Shown: one piece after another, positions 1 to 10,110 of the stretch
Layout of the letters: each line of letters opens with the position of its first letter
Position numbering within the stretch: the stretch's first letter is position 1
NCBI GenBank assembly: GCA_027491735.1
Contig: JAOZGP010000037.1
Span: 1-21,785, forward strand
Length of the DNA: 21,785 nt
Reading direction: 5' to 3'
From: Thermoproteota archaeon
Lineage (GTDB): Archaea; Korarchaeota; Korarchaeia; Korarchaeales; Korarchaeaceae
Translations under genes and position numbers: made by a program
The notes under the pieces: model-generated
Seen by the model: the letters and a program-made list of their open reading frames with translations, nothing else
Database searches by the model: none
What the model was told of the DNA's origin: nothing

Positions 1-114
1 TCAAGCCCAGTGGGGCTTGAGACCCACACGCCGGGGGTCGCACCACTGACCACACCTCAGGGCATGTGAAAAAAGCTGCATTGCTCGAAGGCGCTTGAAC
101 TTCACGCCTTTGAC

Positions 115-531
115 CTATCCGTGGGATTGTCCCACGGTCTTTCTCTCGAGGACTATCGATAGAACGGTGTTGTTCAGATGAACCTCACTCTTTGAGGAGT
201 TGACGTAGGTCCGCAGATCCACCTCCTTACTCCATGTAGGGGTAATAATCCTAAGCCTACGATCATTGATGAGCTCTAGCTGGATGTCCTCCGCTTTCAA
301 ACCGCGCGCATCTATGAGAATGGATATCTTGTCACCTTCCTGCAGTACATCAATAAGCGGCTCCTCTTCCTTGGATCTTGATGATAAAACCTCAGGATTA
401 TCAATTGATAGCCCTTCAGCTGTTTTTAGGCCGATTTCATCGAAAAACTTGTTTAACTCCTTTTCTATCTGCTTGAAGATCCTTATCATATCGTCCAGGG
501 AGTCGTCGGAGGAATCACCTCTCATGATCAA
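115..531 (-). CDS. Small heat-shock protein (Hsp20/alpha-crystallin family)
   Basis: 138 aa with an acidic helical N-terminus, then 'EEEPLIDV...KISILIDARGLKAEDIQLEL...VHLNNTVLSIVLERK', the archaeal alpha-crystallin domain pattern. The start may be TTG 531 or ATG 525. Confidence 0.8.
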   Translation of the reverse strand: MIMRGDSSDDSLDDMIRIFKQIEKELNKFFDEIGLKTAEGLSIDNPEVLSSRSKEEEPLIDVLQEGDKISILIDARGLKAEDIQLELINDRRLRIITPTWSKEVDLRTYVNSSKSEVHLNNTVLSIVLERKTVGQSHG

Positions 532-559
532 GCCTTCCTTCCCTTCGATGAGAGAGGAG

Positions 560-584
560 AATAAAAAATTCTTCCGGCAGGAAG
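560..584 (-). promoter_or_regulatory. Probable hsp20 promoter (purine-rich BRE-like + T-rich TATA)
   Basis: Minus strand reads CCGGAAGAATTTTTTATT about 30-40 nt upstream of the hsp20 start. A small inverted repeat CTTCC-GGCA-GGAAG lies at 571-584. Confidence 0.45.
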
Positions 585-3302
585 CTAACTTCTTATTTCA
601 GTTATGTTGTCCCTCTTGATTAGCTCTATTATCTCGTCAGCTACACTTTTGAAGGCTTCCGAGTGCGTGACAACGATCACCTGAGGAATGCTTATCGATC
701 TTAAAGCGCTAAGCAGAGCCATTTTCCGATCTTCATCGAGGTGAACTGTGGGTTCGTCCATCAAGATGAGCTCTACTGATCTTCCGAGTTTAGCCATAGC
801 TATACCTAACCTGAGGGATAAAGCCGCCGCTATCTTCTCTCCACCGCTGATCTGATCTGAGGAGAACTCTTTTCCATCGTATAGGAGGAGGAGTTCATAA
901 TCGGGAGTTATCCTGATCCTGTCGAAAGGTAGACCAAATTCTTGAAAGATTTTATTAGTATGATATTCTATCACAGGTCTGGCCCTGTCCCTCAGCGCCC
1001 TCTGAAGACCGTCCTTGCTGAAGGCCGATCGTATGCTTTCCAAAGCAGATATCGCTGCATTTAATCGCTCTAGTTTCCTTCTCTCCTTGTTATACTCATT
1101 CAATTTTGCTTTGTATTCCTCAATTCTGGAGAGAAGTTCCGAGCGAACTCCAAAGAGCTTGGATCTCTCCTCCCTGAGGCAGCCCAGCTCCTTTGTTATT
1201 TGCTCAATTCTGCTGATGACCTCCAAAAACTTATCCTCGTCAAAGCCGAGCTCATCCATGTCCCTGCGCACTCTCTCGATCTCCTCGGCAAGTCGAACTT
1301 TCTGTGCGTGCAGATCGGCCAGGAGTTGTTGCAGCGATTCTCTCTTGTTCAGAAATTCTAAGTACTTCAGATAATTTTCCTTTGATGCTTTACACTTTTC
1401 CAAAGAAGGTATCGTCCCCAGCTCCTCTATGAGCGCTTTCTCGATGAATTTCCTCTTCTCCCTTAATTTCTCAAGCCTCCTCCTTAATTCCTCAATCCTA
1501 TCCGCCCTCTCTTCTCTCTTCAAGAGAAGATCATCTAATATTGCTTTTTTCTTTATAATTTCATCTCTCTCTTTCTTTTTTGCATTCAAACTCTTGTTTA
1601 ACTCATCCAGTCGGGATTCCAAGCTTCTTCTTAGGGAAATCATGTCCTGAAGGGAGGAGACCGAAGGTTTGAGGTCCCTGAGCTCATATAAAGCTGTCAT
1701 CAGATCTTCTACCAGTTTTTTGATGATGGGAAGTCTTCCTTCAGCTGTTCTTATTATGGAGGAAAGGGCTTCCATCATCCCCTCCAGATTGCAGCTTATC
1801 AGCTCCCTTTCATGTATTGACCTGCCAAGTCTGGTCATCTCCAGGGATTTTTCCCTGATGATCTCCCTGGTCCTATCAGCTGTAAGGCTCGATCCACAGA
1901 CCGGACACCTTGCCTCTACCTGAGAGAGCATTTCCAACAGTTTTGAGAGCTCATCATATCTCTGCTTGTCCTTGGCTATCTCGCCATCGACCTCCTTCTT
2001 CAAGTCAACGAGTTGATCAAGCTGGAGAGAGAACTTCCTCGTCAAGTCCTCCAGGTCTCCCACGTTCAAGGCGCTAATAACATCCCCTACACCTTTTTGA
2101 AGGTGCGTCCCACCTATCAAAGGAGCTAAATCTTTGATTAAGGAGCTGAGTTCCTCCTCCATGTGCCTTACGTTTTCTTCAAGCTTTGTGGACCTCTCCC
2201 TAGCTATTCGAGCTTTTTCCATGTCCTTCTCCAGTGAATCAATCCTTTTCCTGATCTGATCTATTTTCTGTTCCAGGATCCTCACCTCGTTGTCCACAAT
2301 GGACAACCTACTTATCTCACGTCGTAAGTTGTTTGCTCTCCTCTCATCGCTTTCTAACTTCGCAATATCATCTTCCTTGGATTTCACCTCCTCTGATAGA
2401 TAATTAAGCTCTAGAATTTTTTCATAAGCATTGGAGAGCCTTCTCTCCAGATCTACGTCTATGTCTTTCATAATTTTGTTTATTCTATCGATCTCTGATC
2501 TTATCTCCAGTTCTCTGCTTGAAATCTCTTTGATTTTTTTGTTTTTCTCCTCAGCTTTTGAGGAGAGCTTTATGTATTTATCTCTCACATCTAAAAGGAC
2601 CTTCTTTCTGTCCTCATCGGTCTTGAGCTCCTCCTCAAGATACTTTATTCTTTCCTCCACGGAGCCTATTCTGGAGCTCACCTCACCTAGTTTTGCTTCA
2701 AGGCTCCTCAGAACTTCGGCTGGGTTATCAGCTGAGAGATATCCGGCTATTTTATCTCTCTCCTCCTTGAGGACTGTCAGCGGCTCGAGGAGGGTCTTGT
2801 ATATATCCTCAAGGTCGTCAACTCCGATCAGCTTGCCCACCAGCTCCTTTCTTCTATGAGGCTGTAGATCGATCAGGGAGGAAATCTCTCCCTGTTTTAT
2901 GTAGACTGCTCCTGTGAAGACGTCCTTGGAGATGCCAATTATGTCCCCAACGCTCTTTGTGACGTCCCTCTGTCCGGTCTGTATCACCCTCCAACGGGTC
3001 CCATCAAGGACGAGAAGTCTTGCCCTTGGAGAGTCGCCTCTGGAGACCTCCCGGATCACTTTATACAATTTTCCCTCAGATTCGAACTCAAGCTCGACTC
3101 GCATCGTGTTGGATCCAGATCTTATCAGCTCATCCCTCTTGAGATGGCTTGTATCCGGAAATAGAGCGAAGCAGATCGCTTCGAGAAGGGAGGTCTTACC
3201 TGATCCGTTGGGACCTATTATGGCCACTAAACCATCCGAAAATCTCAGATCTGTGGATCTATGTGATCTGAAGTTGACGAGTTTAACGGACCTTATCCTC
3301 AT
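585..3302 (-). CDS. rad50: DNA double-strand break repair ATPase Rad50
   Basis: Walker A GPNGSGKT, Q-loop YIKQGEI, long coiled coils with a central zinc hook CPVCG, signature ISGGE, Walker B/D-loop LILMDEPTVHLD and H-loop VVTH. Overlaps the mre11 stop. Confidence 0.96.
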   Translation of the reverse strand: MRIRSVKLVNFRSHRSTDLRFSDGLVAIIGPNGSGKTSLLEAICFALFPDTSHLKRDELIRSGSNTMRVELEFESEGKLYKVIREVSRGDSPRARLLVLDGTRWRVIQTGQRDVTKSVGDIIGISKDVFTGAVYIKQGEISSLIDLQPHRRKELVGKLIGVDDLEDIYKTLLEPLTVLKEERDKIAGYLSADNPAEVLRSLEAKLGEVSSRIGSVEERIKYLEEELKTDEDRKKVLLDVRDKYIKLSSKAEEKNKKIKEISSRELEIRSEIDRINKIMKDIDVDLERRLSNAYEKILELNYLSEEVKSKEDDIAKLESDERRANNLRREISRLSIVDNEVRILEQKIDQIRKRIDSLEKDMEKARIARERSTKLEENVRHMEEELSSLIKDLAPLIGGTHLQKGVGDVISALNVGDLEDLTRKFSLQLDQLVDLKKEVDGEIAKDKQRYDELSKLLEMLSQVEARCPVCGSSLTADRTREIIREKSLEMTRLGRSIHERELISCNLEGMMEALSSIIRTAEGRLPIIKKLVEDLMTALYELRDLKPSVSSLQDMISLRRSLESRLDELNKSLNAKKKERDEIIKKKAILDDLLLKREERADRIEELRRRLEKLREKRKFIEKALIEELGTIPSLEKCKASKENYLKYLEFLNKRESLQQLLADLHAQKVRLAEEIERVRRDMDELGFDEDKFLEVISRIEQITKELGCLREERSKLFGVRSELLSRIEEYKAKLNEYNKERRKLERLNAAISALESIRSAFSKDGLQRALRDRARPVIEYHTNKIFQEFGLPFDRIRITPDYELLLLYDGKEFSSDQISGGEKIAAALSLRLGIAMAKLGRSVELILMDEPTVHLDEDRKMALLSALRSISIPQVIVVTHSEAFKSVADEIIELIKRDNITEIRS

Positions 3303-4485
3303 CCATCCACCCCTTGATCAAGGAGAGGACCTCTTTGCTCAGATCCCCTCCCCTTTTTCCCTCCAGGTATTTGTGATAGATCTCAAGAGCCAAGGCCAGC
3401 TCGGTGGGCCTGTCATGAAATATATGCGCCATTAGCTCCTCCATGTTCAGAGAGATCTGCCCGTCCAAGGTCGCAAGATGACTCTCTACGACGGGAGATA
3501 CCTCTATCAAGATCTTCAATGATCTATCTCCGAACTCGTGGTGAACGTCCTCTCTGAACTCATCGATCATGTGGAGAAGTTCCTGTCTCACCAACAACTT
3601 GATCCTCACCATCGGCTTCTTTCTCAAATCGATCTCCTTAAACCTCCTTGAGAGGCTATCCAGAACTAGTTGTAGATCAGATGAACGCCGAACTTCTCTT
3701 TTTATCAGAAAATAGGGCCTTGGGGAGTTTATCTCAACGAATCTCGCGTTGATGTTGCCCTCCTCCAGATCAACAACGAAAAATCCCTTGGGCACATTTT
3801 GTCTAACTTCCCTCTCCTCGAGGTTCTCAAGGGAGCCAGGATAAGCGAATACCTTGCCTGTCACGCCATCCCTCTTGTGGAACCTCACGTGATAGTGGCC
3901 GAGAGCGATATAGTCGAAACAGGTCCTGTCAAGAAAGGCCTTGTTTATCTCCGTCTTGAAGTCCCTCAGAAAGGGCTTAACCCCTTGATGAAGCATCAGG
4001 ATCCTCCACCTAGCTCTACATCTCCTGGCTGCTCCATCACACCTCTCAATGATTGCTTTCTTCAGGTTCTCTCCCTCCTGGTTGGGGAAGTACTGGAGTC
4101 CGCAGAGCACCAGATCGCCAGTATTGAACATAGGGTTGTTCTGGTTCAGATGAATGAAGTCATCTCCGAATATCTCCACCAGGAGGCTTAAGGGCGTTTC
4201 CTTGCCGCCACCAAACCTCGGGCCTATGTCGTGATTTCCCGCTATGGCCACCACGGGGATGCCAGCATCAATTATCCTCCGCAGGGAGACTATAGCCTTC
4301 CTCAGTGTGTAGGAGGTGGGACGATAGGTGTCAAACAAATCACCACTGTGGATCATGAGATCTGGTCTCAGCTTCCTGGCCTTCTCACAAGCCTCATCGA
4401 AAGCCTCATAAACGTCCTCTTCTCTCTCTCTTATCCCTTTTTCCCTCCTTCCCAGGTGAGTATCGGATATGTGCACTATCCTCAT
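3283..4485 (-). CDS. mre11: DNA double-strand break repair nuclease Mre11
   Basis: Phosphoesterase motifs SDTHLG, HSGDLFD, GNHD, LHQG, ALGHYH and YPGSLE. Start moved to ATG 4485 (MRIVHISDTH), which forms an ATGA overlap with the herA stop. Confidence 0.95.
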   Translation of the reverse strand: MRIVHISDTHLGRREKGIREREEDVYEAFDEACEKARKLRPDLMIHSGDLFDTYRPTSYTLRKAIVSLRRIIDAGIPVVAIAGNHDIGPRFGGGKETPLSLLVEIFGDDFIHLNQNNPMFNTGDLVLCGLQYFPNQEGENLKKAIIERCDGAARRCRARWRILMLHQGVKPFLRDFKTEINKAFLDRTCFDYIALGHYHVRFHKRDGVTGKVFAYPGSLENLEEREVRQNVPKGFFVVDLEEGNINARFVEINSPRPYFLIKREVRRSSDLQLVLDSLSRRFKEIDLRKKPMVRIKLLVRQELLHMIDEFREDVHHEFGDRSLKILIEVSPVVESHLATLDGQISLNMEELMAHIFHDRPTELALALEIYHKYLEGKRGGDLSKEVLSLIKGWMDEDKVR

Positions 4486-6155
4486 TGAAGCATACCCCCA
4501 TACCCATTGTCCAGATCTATCCGCTCCATGGAGGTCGATTTCGATCTCCACCTGCCCACTGCGTCTATGTCCGATCCACCGATCTTGCCCTCGGCTTTGT
4601 CGAACTTTATTATAGCTGGAACCTGTACCATGGGTCCCACCAAGATCGCCTCTCCTACGTTCAGGGATGGGAGGTACTCCATGAGGTCCTCGCTAAGGAA
4701 CTCAGACGACCTGCGGACGTAGGCCTGATCCTCGGGCTCTATTACACGCAGCACTATCTTGTTCACCATCTGGGAAAGGACATCCGGATCCAGCCTTTTA
4801 GGTCTCTGGCTAACCAGCGCTAATCCCACTCCAAACTTTCTACCTTCTCTAGCTATTCTGGAGGCTATCTCCTTTGTGTAGGTCTTCAGATCCACTGGTA
4901 TGAGGAGATGTGCCTCTTCTATTATTGCTAGAACCGGATAGGAAACTCCCTCCCTTGATAGACCAAGAACCGCTCCCTTGGCCCTGTGAAGCAAAGTTGA
5001 GAGTGCATGTCCGACCACCAGATCCGCCATCTCCGTGTCAATGGATCCAAGCCTGACTATCACAAGCCTGGAGAAATCTATGTAATCTATTATCTCTCCA
5101 TTGTTGGGCTTCAACAGGGAACCGTACCGATCTCTCACCATCTGAAGCCTTGACTTTAGGCTGTAGAGACTGTCCCTATCCCTCTTGTTCAACAACACCT
5201 TTTCCCCTAGAGATGATAAGACGCCTCTTCCGCCGTTTTCCGCTGAGAACGTGATCATGTTGCCATCCTGGTGTTTCCCTCCCTCCACCAGCTGTATCAT
5301 CTTGGATATGATGGCGGATATGCTGTCCAGATAATTGGGCTCCTCGGGAGGACGTTCACCGCATTCCTGCATGAGAGCTCCAAGGAGATCTCTTGTGTGA
5401 GCTTTATGAACAACCTTCCAGGCGAATCTGAGGTAGATGTACTGTTTGGCTGCCTTGTCCCAGGAGATGCCGAGAAGCTTTGAGGTCTCCTCCAAGCTGA
5501 GTGCATTAGGATCGACGAAGGGCTCGACCTCGACTACCTCCCCCCTGTCAAGGTTCAGTCCGGTGTACTCCGAGTGCATATCGAACAGAATGAGGGGAGC
5601 TCCGAGCTTCAGGGCCTCCTTCACTATCACAGCTATGGCGTTTGACTTACCGGCCCCGGTGACCGCCAGCACTGCCAGATGTCTGGAGATAATCCTGTTC
5701 ATGTCAGCATAGACCTTCACCTCCTCCCTCGTCAAGAGGTGTCCTAGTCTCACATGTCCGGTGTTAGGACCGAAGATCATGTCCAATATGCCTTTAGGAG
5801 CTCTCCTAACAATGCTGCACGTTGGAGGAGGACTTCTCGGCATTGAGAGCTTCACGTGATCTTCCTCCAGGTTGATGACACCTAGCAACTTTATTTTAGC
5901 CCTGGACCAGTGACTGGGCTCCCTGAGTATCTTCAGAATTTTTTCCATGTTCTCGGCGAAGTTTATGTCTCTCCCGGATATCTCGACTGACCCCCTCTCG
6001 ACCCATGTCACAAGGCCGAGGAGTCGAGCTTCTGAGGATTCGATTATCACGTAATCTCCGATCTGAGGAATCGAGCCCGTGAAGGCGACCATATCGACGG
6101 AGAGGGGAGTTGTTACCTCAGCAACTCTCCCCAGAATATCAGAATTTCTCTCCAA
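4482..6155 (-). CDS. herA: Bipolar DNA helicase/translocase HerA
   Basis: N-terminal HAS-barrel-like region, RHLAVLAVTGAGKS (Walker A), FDMHSEY, IIEEAH (Walker B), AREGRKFG and SQRP. Operon context agrees. Confidence 0.94.
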   Translation of the reverse strand: MERNSDILGRVAEVTTPLSVDMVAFTGSIPQIGDYVIIESSEARLLGLVTWVERGSVEISGRDINFAENMEKILKILREPSHWSRAKIKLLGVINLEEDHVKLSMPRSPPPTCSIVRRAPKGILDMIFGPNTGHVRLGHLLTREEVKVYADMNRIISRHLAVLAVTGAGKSNAIAVIVKEALKLGAPLILFDMHSEYTGLNLDRGEVVEVEPFVDPNALSLEETSKLLGISWDKAAKQYIYLRFAWKVVHKAHTRDLLGALMQECGERPPEEPNYLDSISAIISKMIQLVEGGKHQDGNMITFSAENGGRGVLSSLGEKVLLNKRDRDSLYSLKSRLQMVRDRYGSLLKPNNGEIIDYIDFSRLVIVRLGSIDTEMADLVVGHALSTLLHRAKGAVLGLSREGVSYPVLAIIEEAHLLIPVDLKTYTKEIASRIAREGRKFGVGLALVSQRPKRLDPDVLSQMVNKIVLRVIEPEDQAYVRRSSEFLSEDLMEYLPSLNVGEAILVGPMVQVPAIIKFDKAEGKIGGSDIDAVGRWRSKSTSMERIDLDNGYGGMLQ

Positions 6156-7305
6156 GCATCTCCCTCCCAGAAAGAAGACACATTCTCCAAAAATCTGAGC
6201 CTAACACATCTCGAACAGCTCTGAGGTGACCCTTGGTTATCTTCGCCACCTCGTGACTCATCCTGAGGTGGTATGGATAACCGTTCACGGATATTGCAGA
6301 TAGGAAATCGAGTACCTCGCCAACGGATCTTCGATCGAGCTCTCCAAGCACCTCAATCCTCAAGGGGTTTGCCTTTTCATGAAGCCTTGCGTAGAAAACG
6401 GTTATCTTTCTGCAGATCCGGCTCTGGAAGTATTTTGGGAGCTTCACCTCTCCAACCATAGGCGAGGTAAACCCCGTCTCCCTTGTGTAAGCGCCTATCA
6501 GGGAGATGTCGGGCGCAAACCTTCTGAACAGCTCCCTGCTCGAAGACCTCTTGGAGATAGCTACTACTAAAACATTCTTGGGCAGAGAAAGAAGTCTGGA
6601 AAGCACCATGAAGTGCTCTACCCTCTCCATGAGGGACATTATGAGCCACTCCAGCCTGGAAATCTCTAAAGAGCTTTCTCCAAGATCCTCCGCTATCCTA
6701 ATGGCAGCGCTCCATCGATCCATGTACGTGCTCATGTCCGCCGTGTAAACCCTATCGCTCTCCCTCAGGAACTTCTCCAGAGGCAGCTCGTTCTTTATTC
6801 TGCCAACTATCTCCGCTCTCTCGCTTTCATCCAACAGGTAAAGTCGCCCCTCCCTTCTCCTCATCAGACCCACAAACATCGGCTCCTTAGTTAACGAGAT
6901 CAGCGATCCATCGAGAAGGACAACCTCGGGGTTCGTTCTTTCCGCATATCTCACCGTTAATTTCAACTCCAAAGTGCTCCTAAGTATGCGCACCCTGTCC
7001 TCCGGCTTGAACCTATCTAATAGACCTACCTGGTACCTCCTCAGCTTAACCGGGCTCTGATCCAACATCCCGAAGACTGCGGCTGATATGACGAAGACCA
7101 CATTTCCGGGACCAGCTGGAAGAGAGCCGCTGCTTCCGTCTGATGATAATATTCTGTCGTGGGGTTTTGACTTCTCGTCAGGGGACCAGCTGATCCATTT
7201 GGCCCTCACATCCCCGAAAGAAGCAGTCGAGTTCATGAACCTCTCGAGGATCTCCTTTGTCTCCAGAGTGCTCTCAACTATGTCCTCCAGTTCCTCGTAC
7301 ATCAT
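6139..7305 (-). CDS. nurA: 5'-3' nuclease NurA
   Basis: SDGS, LLDGSL, AISKRS and GYPYHLRMSHEVAKI motifs typical of NurA. First gene of the operon; overlaps the herA start. Confidence 0.9.
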   Translation of the reverse strand: MMYEELEDIVESTLETKEILERFMNSTASFGDVRAKWISWSPDEKSKPHDRILSSDGSSGSLPAGPGNVVFVISAAVFGMLDQSPVKLRRYQVGLLDRFKPEDRVRILRSTLELKLTVRYAERTNPEVVLLDGSLISLTKEPMFVGLMRRREGRLYLLDESERAEIVGRIKNELPLEKFLRESDRVYTADMSTYMDRWSAAIRIAEDLGESSLEISRLEWLIMSLMERVEHFMVLSRLLSLPKNVLVVAISKRSSSRELFRRFAPDISLIGAYTRETGFTSPMVGEVKLPKYFQSRICRKITVFYARLHEKANPLRIEVLGELDRRSVGEVLDFLSAISVNGYPYHLRMSHEVAKITKGHLRAVRDVLGSDFWRMCLLSGREMLGEKF

Positions 7306-7370
7306 TCCAGAATGATCCTCCCCAGATTTATCAGGTTTTCCGATGTAATTTTAAGTCTGGAGGTGATCGC

Positions 7371-8768
7371 TTGGATAGCAGGCTTCTGGCAGCCTTTGAC
7401 CCCAGATCCGTAGCAATCATAGGAGCCTCAAGGCATGAGGAGAAGATCGGTTTTGTGATCCTGAGGCAGCTCATCAGGGCTGGTTACGAGGGGAGGATAT
7501 ATCCAGTAAATCCCTCTGCAAAGGAGATCTTGGGGTTGAGATGCTACAAGAGCGTCGCTGACGTTCCTGATGAGATAGATCTAGCGGTTATCGCTGTCCC
7601 AGCAAAAGTCGTTCCGAGTGTGATGAGGAACTGCGGAGCCAAGGGCGTTAAGGTTGCCGTCGTGATAAGCTCAGGGTTCTCTGAGATCGGAAATAAGGAG
7701 CTTGAGGAGAAGGTCATCAGGATAGCTAAAGAACACGGTGTGCGTGTGATAGGACCGAACTGCATGGGAGTATTCAACCCAGAGAAGGGACTTGACATGC
7801 TCTTCGTCAAGGATGAGCTTCTGCCCAGATGTAGGCCGGGAAGTGTGGCCCTTCTATCACAGAGCGGAAGTGTTGGAACGAACATGATGAGCGCTCTTAG
7901 GAAGATGAATATGGGATTAAGCAAGTTCGTGAGTTACGGAAACAAGGCGGATGTCGATGAGGCAGATCTCCTGGAGATACTTCGCGAGGATCCGACAACT
8001 AAAGTCGTGTCCATATATCTTGAGGGAGTTCGTGACGGAAGACGCCTTATGGATGCCATAAAGAGGACTGTTCCTGTGAAACCTGTTGTTGTAATAAAGG
8101 TGGGGAGGTCTCAGGTGGGAGAGAGAGCCGTGGCCAGCCATACAGGATCGCTGGCTGGATCCAGCGACATCTACCTCGCGGCTCTCAGACAAGCGGGGGC
8201 TATCCTGGTGGAGACCTTCGAACAGCTATTGGATGTGTCCAAGGGATTAAGCATGCAACCTCCCTCTGGAGGGAGGAGGGTCTTCGTTATAACGAATGGA
8301 GGAGGATATGGAATCATGGCCGTCGACGAGCTGGAGAGAAGGGGAATAGTTCTGCCAAGGATTCCGGAACCCATTAAAAGAGCTCTGAGGGAGGAGTTTC
8401 CCCCATACTACTCGATAGACAATCCCATGGATCTGACAGCTGACTCCACGTCAGACCAGTACAGAAGAGCCATGGAACTCCTGGGATCTTCTGACGAGTG
8501 TGACTCCCTCCTAGTGATCCCCCTGCTTGGAATACCGGGCTTCGATCCGATGGAAGTGGCTGAAGTCATGGTGGACTTTAGAAAGCGGTTTAAAAAACCG
8601 ATCGTTGTTTCCTTTATTTCACACACCAAGGAAACAGATAGAGCAAAGGAGTTCATGGAGAAGAACGACGTACCAGTCTACGAGTCCCCTGAAAGAGCTG
8701 CCTTGGTCATACAGAAGCTTGTTGAATATGGAGAAATTCTCAGGAGGATTAAATCATCGCGGAGGTGA
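7371..8768 (+). CDS. acdA: Acetate/acyl-CoA ligase (ADP-forming), alpha subunit
   Basis: PRSVAIIGAS, GPNCMG, SQSG, YGNKADV, phospho-His motif SHTGSLAG, TNGGGYG and NPMDLT. Start moved to TTG 7371 after SD GGAGGTGA (7359-7366). No beta subunit in the window. Confidence 0.9.
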   Translation: MDSRLLAAFDPRSVAIIGASRHEEKIGFVILRQLIRAGYEGRIYPVNPSAKEILGLRCYKSVADVPDEIDLAVIAVPAKVVPSVMRNCGAKGVKVAVVISSGFSEIGNKELEEKVIRIAKEHGVRVIGPNCMGVFNPEKGLDMLFVKDELLPRCRPGSVALLSQSGSVGTNMMSALRKMNMGLSKFVSYGNKADVDEADLLEILREDPTTKVVSIYLEGVRDGRRLMDAIKRTVPVKPVVVIKVGRSQVGERAVASHTGSLAGSSDIYLAALRQAGAILVETFEQLLDVSKGLSMQPPSGGRRVFVITNGGGYGIMAVDELERRGIVLPRIPEPIKRALREEFPPYYSIDNPMDLTADSTSDQYRRAMELLGSSDECDSLLVIPLLGIPGFDPMEVAEVMVDFRKRFKKPIVVSFISHTKETDRAKEFMEKNDVPVYESPERAALVIQKLVEYGEILRRIKSSRR

Positions 8769-10110
8769 AGCCAACATCCTTTACGGCTATCAGAGGAGCC
8801 TCCACTGGAACACCGTACTCCATCCACCAGTGATATATCTGCCGCGTATTCCTCCCGAGGCCAATCACGCTCGACATCATTCTCAGGATGTTATCGCTGA
8901 GCCGTAGACCTCTAACGGCGCCAACGACCTCTTCATTCTCAACGAAGAGGAGACCATCCCTCACGATCGCTGAGAAGTCTCCCGAAACGTAATCTTGGAA
9001 TCTTAGATAGGTAGCATTCCTGACTATGAGTCCCTTGCCTATTTCCGATAGTAGATCTTCCTCCGACTCATCTCCTGGAAGGAGAATCGGATTCCATGGC
9101 GTTGGATTAATCCATCCAGCGTTTGAGGTGGTCTCCGTCTCCATGGCCTTCGCTGTCAGCCTGTTGTGGAGATATGTCCTAAGTATTCCCCTGTCCACTA
9201 TGAAGTTCCTTCTCGTCGGAAAGCCCTCCTCGTCAAACGACCGCGAGCCATATCCACCGGGCTTTAGGGGATCATCCACTAAGGTGAAGAACTCAGGAGC
9301 TAACCTCTCGTTAAGCTTTCCTCCATAAGGAGACATCTTGGATAGAACTGATAGCGCGCTCGCCAGAGAGCCCATCACTCCGACTATGTTTCCAACAGCG
9401 CTGTACCAAAGCAGGGCGTTGTACCTTCCGGGTCCGAGTTTAATGTGCTTTTCTGAGATCTTGGCATCAAGTCCAGCCTCCTCTCCTGCCTTGCTGGGGT
9501 TGAGACCGGACAGCCTCCTAGAACAGCTGAAGGAGTGACCGGTAGCCTCCGAATTCCTGATGGCCCTCACATCCAGGTGAACGTTGGATCTTCTCTCACA
9601 AACCTTAACGCCGGAGGTCGTGGCCAAGCATTCAGTGAAGGCTTTGCTCCTTACGGATCCAGCAGCTCTTCTGGCGCCCTCGGCCAAGGCTGCGTCTATG
9701 GCCACGTGAGCCAGATCGACGAGTTTCTCAGAGGGATCCTCCAGGGAACTGTCGTAGAGATCCGGAATGATGGGATAGTCCATGGGTCCTTCCGGCAATG
9801 GCGAATAGACTTCTCTTTCCGGAAGACTTCTCAGAGCTTTCATCGTTCTACCTAGCTGCTTTCTTATGGATCTCAGGTCCTTAGTGCTCATGAAGATTGT
9901 CTGTATTCTCCTGTTCCAGATCACCTGGATCCTGAGGCTCACATCGATCCACGTCTTCACCACGTCCACTCTATTATTGGAGAACCTCACCTGACTTCCA
10001 GGTCCTTCGGAGAGGAGAACAGCTACCTCATCAGCTCCTAAGCATAGAGCTTCGCTGATCACATCTTCAACAAAACCCAAAGCTTCCTCATATCCCGCCA
10101 AGCCCGACAC
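8749..10110 (-). CDS. pmbA: TldD/PmbA family protein, PmbA/TldE-like (non-catalytic) subunit
   Basis: VRFSNN at the N-terminus, 'DDPLKPGGYGSRSFDEEGFPT' and 'YLHN...TTSNAG'. Lacks HExxGH; overlaps the tldD stop. Confidence 0.85.
   Translation of the reverse strand: MSGLAGYEEALGFVEDVISEALCLGADEVAVLLSEGPGSQVRFSNNRVDVVKTWIDVSLRIQVIWNRRIQTIFMSTKDLRSIRKQLGRTMKALRSLPEREVYSPLPEGPMDYPIIPDLYDSSLEDPSEKLVDLAHVAIDAALAEGARRAAGSVRSKAFTECLATTSGVKVCERRSNVHLDVRAIRNSEATGHSFSCSRRLSGLNPSKAGEEAGLDAKISEKHIKLGPGRYNALLWYSAVGNIVGVMGSLASALSVLSKMSPYGGKLNERLAPEFFTLVDDPLKPGGYGSRSFDEEGFPTRRNFIVDRGILRTYLHNRLTAKAMETETTSNAGWINPTPWNPILLPGDESEEDLLSEIGKGLIVRNATYLRFQDYVSGDFSAIVRDGLLFVENEEVVGAVRGLRLSDNILRMMSSVIGLGRNTRQIYHWWMEYGVPVEAPLIAVKDVGFTSAMI

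Noticed and set aside
4482-7305. HerA + nuclease as an anti-phage defence system
   Set aside because: Tight coupling with mre11-rad50 marks it as the housekeeping resection machinery.
7257-7370. Longer N-terminal extensions in the ORF track (acdA from 7257; also mre11 4551, tldD 11536, beta-CASP 13276)
   Set aside because: They overlap neighbouring genes or promoters; downstream starts have SD sites or stop-start coupling and fit family N-termini better.
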